Origin: an uncultured Pelagibacteraceae bacterium
GTDB taxonomy: Bacteria > Pseudomonadota > Alphaproteobacteria > Pelagibacterales > Pelagibacteraceae
Reading direction: 5' to 3'
Length of the DNA: 64,000 nucleotides
Assembly: GCA_902581605.1 (NCBI GenBank)
Contig: CACHPE010000004.1
Span: 26,901 to 90,900 of the forward strand
Part shown: positions 63,319 through 64,000 of the stretch, piece after piece
Numbering within the stretch: the first letter of the stretch is position 1
Layout of the letters: every line of letters begins with the position of its first letter
Position numbers and translations under genes: made by a program
The notes under the pieces: generated by a model
Seen by the model: only the letters and a program-made list of their open reading frames with translations
Told to the model about the DNA's origin: nothing
The model's database searches: none

Positions 63319-64000
63319 ATGACTAAATTAAAAGGTATTTTATTAACTCAAGGCATGCATGGAATGATTAGTCAAGTTGAGGGATTGGCTAAAGCTCTAG
63401 AAATTGAATTTACACACCACAAGGTTGAACTAAATAATTTTTGGAATTTATTGCCACCAAAATTTACTCCTGTTTCACAAAAAGTTTATAAAAAAATAGA
63501 TCATTTAGATTTTGATATAATTATATCTTGTGGAAGAAAGAGTGTAATTCCATCAATTCATTTAAAAAGTATTTCAAATAAAAAGGTGTTTAACATCCAT
63601 ATCCAAGATCCAAAAGTAGATTTAAATCATTTTGATTTTGTAATAGCCCCTGAACACGATGGAGTAAAAGGTTCAAATGTAATTTCCACAAAAGGGGCTA
63701 TACATTATTTAACATTAAACGAAATTGAGGAAAATAAGCATTATTTAAATTCATTTATAAAAAAAGATGATAGAAAAATTTGGTCTTTAATTTTGGGTGG
63801 GCCTACCAAATATTATGATTACTCAACAAAAAATATGAAACATATTTTTTCAATTTTTTATAAATTGTTAAAGAAACATAACTTTCAACTTGTTGTAATT
63901 CCATCAATGAGAACACCATTGAATACGATCCACTATGCTAAAGAATTTTTTGGAGAAAATCACACTATTATAATGGATGTTGATAAAAAAGCTTATTTAT
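63319..64000 (+). CDS. ELM1/GtrOC1 family protein (runs off window edge)
   Basis: Manual translation MTKLKGILLTQGMHGMISQVEGLAKAL...ISCGRK...HIQDPK...FDFVIAPEHD...LGG. Confidence 0.8.
   Translation, partial: MTKLKGILLTQGMHGMISQVEGLAKALEIEFTHHKVELNNFWNLLPPKFTPVSQKVYKKIDHLDFDIIISCGRKSVIPSIHLKSISNKKVFNIHIQDPKVDLNHFDFVIAPEHDGVKGSNVISTKGAIHYLTLNEIEENKHYLNSFIKKDDRKIWSLILGGPTKYYDYSTKNMKHIFSIFYKLLKKHNFQLVVIPSMRTPLNTIHYAKEFFGENHTIIMDVDKKAYL

Overview
Very AT-rich, extremely gene-dense alphaproteobacterial chromosome segment. Gene content, compactness and the crtI-crtB-crtY-blh retinal cluster point to SAR11/Pelagibacterales (inference). Most of the window is core genome: aa3 cytochrome c oxidase operon, thrC/thrB/ispH, carotenoid/retinal genes, F0 ATP synthase, smc-dsbA-dciA-mutY, ccrM-rnhB, ispE-tRNA-Gln-cca, petABC, ychF-pth-rplY-prs, lgt, a MarR/OmpR/sensor kinase module, uvrC/uvrB, aspC and trxB. 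The exception is a ~5.9 kb accessory cassette (26398-32249) between a FAD monooxygenase gene and ccrM. Its left arm is a translationally coupled four-gene operon: unknown protein, small HTH-like protein, stand-alone HNH nuclease, and SF2 helicase with zinc ribbons. Its divergent right arm encodes a phage-CII-like regulator, a PrsW-type intramembrane protease, a pentameric ligand-gated ion channel homologue with an extra N-terminal domain, and two unannotated micro-ORFs, one a signal peptide plus a 27-residue secreted peptide. Other oddities are an apparently hinge-less 857-aa SMC, a family-4 UDG with altered key residues, and clustered GANTC sites upstream of ccrM. No CRISPR array, rRNA, integrase or transposase was seen. 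All family calls are by motif recognition; no database searches were run.
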